Source of the DNA: an uncultured Candidatus Saccharibacteria bacterium
GTDB taxonomy: Bacteria > Patescibacteriota > Minisyncoccia > Ryanbacterales > 2-02-FULL-48-12
Assembly (NCBI GenBank): GCA_964349275.1
Contig: CAYGFT010000001.1
Coordinates: 20,795-66,103 of the forward strand
Direction: 5' to 3'
Length of the DNA: 45,309 nt
Under the pieces are notes generated by a model. The model was not told where the DNA came from. It saw only the letters and a program-made list of their open reading frames with translations, and searched no databases. This document shows positions 44,986-45,309 of this stretch, piece after piece. The translations under genes and the position numbers were made by a program. Each line of letters opens with the position of its first letter. The stretch's first letter is position 1.

Positions 44986-45309
44986 ATGAAAGATGCGGTT
45001 GATATCTCGGTCATTGTGCCATTTTTTAACGAGGAGCGTACGGTCGCAGAGTTGCATAGGCGACTGGTTTCGGTTATGGAGAGCCTGGGACGGACCTATG
45101 AGATTATTTTTGTTGATGATGCTTCCAAAGACAAGACATTTGAAGCGATGCGCGGGCTTCATCCTTTGCACGCATTTCGTCTGGAGCGGAACGTAGGGCA
45201 GACCAAGGCATTTGGTCTTGGGTTTGTTAAATCCCGTGGCGAGATTATTGTCACATTGGATGGGGATCTCGAGAATTTTCCGGAAGACATCCCTAAGTTA
45301 CTTTTACGC
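44986..45309 (+). CDS. GT2 polyprenyl-phosphate glycosyltransferase-like, N-terminal part (3' truncated by the window edge). Not in the ORF track.
   Basis: Hand translation gives MKDAVDISVIVPFFNEERTV...YEIIFVDDASKD...NVGQTKAFGLGF...IVTLDGDLENFPEDIP. The frame is open to the end of the window. Confidence 0.8.
   Translation, partial: MKDAVDISVIVPFFNEERTVAELHRRLVSVMESLGRTYEIIFVDDASKDKTFEAMRGLHPLHAFRLERNVGQTKAFGLGFVKSRGEIIVTLDGDLENFPEDIPKLLLR

Noticed and set aside
1-45309. Mobile genetic element, genomic island boundaries, CRISPR arrays or defense systems
   Set aside because: I found no integrase, transposase, recombinase, tRNA, flanking direct repeats, repeat-spacer array, or nuclease or ATPase defense-type genes. 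Every ORF over 180 aa that I accepted as coding fits an envelope-glycan role or is membrane-associated.

Overview
The window is a densely packed locus of about 47 genes for cell-surface glycan biosynthesis and decoration. It is more than 90% coding, and many adjacent genes share ATGA or TAATG start/stop overlaps. TGA is used as a stop codon, so the standard bacterial code applies. I found no rRNA, tRNA, CRISPR array, transposase or integrase. The gene set suggests an uncultivated, possibly CPR/Patescibacteria-like bacterium, but that is inference only. Operon layout: + 2..12069 (13 genes); - 15841..12138; + 16036..18271; - 19594..18282; - 20272..19661; + 20554..21621; - 26569..21624; + 26643..27539; - 31490..27544; + 31570 to the window end (14 genes). 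Recognisable content: dTDP-sugar genes (RfbB and an RfbA-like enzyme), a UDP-glucuronate decarboxylase-like SDR, and a TylC3-type sugar C-methyltransferase with a Gfo/Idh/MocA oxidoreductase. There are three GT4 glycosyltransferases, five GT2 glycosyltransferases (four of polyprenyl-phosphate DPM1/ArnC/GtrB type) and six polytopic GT-C/ArnT-like membrane proteins. Also present are three small SAM methyltransferases, a NodB deacetylase, a FemAB/GNAT-like protein, a Wzx-like flippase, AsnB and a NodU-type carbamoyltransferase. Two blocks are the main candidates for undescribed systems. (1) 35849-43549 is a Dlt-like carrier-protein-dependent acylation module. It runs PPTase, MaoC dehydratase, SDR, FkbH-type loader, ACP, a frameshifted NUDIX gene, MBOAT, an HExxH protein and a membrane-anchored SGNH protein. 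(2) The CotH kinase / VTC (polyphosphate-polymerase-like) / DUF4956 membrane-protein set occurs complete at 12138-15841. A second CotH-DUF4956 pair without VTC sits inside a Wzx operon at 28135-30155. Smaller observations: an unlisted 52-aa DUF5989/SxtK-like ORF, and a C8 tract at a GT-C/GT2 junction where loss of one C would fuse the two genes. There is also a C-run frameshift in the NUDIX gene, an operator-like palindrome in a promoter, and several promoter-like boxes placed as for leaderless mRNAs. All product calls come from motif recognition by eye. No database search was run.
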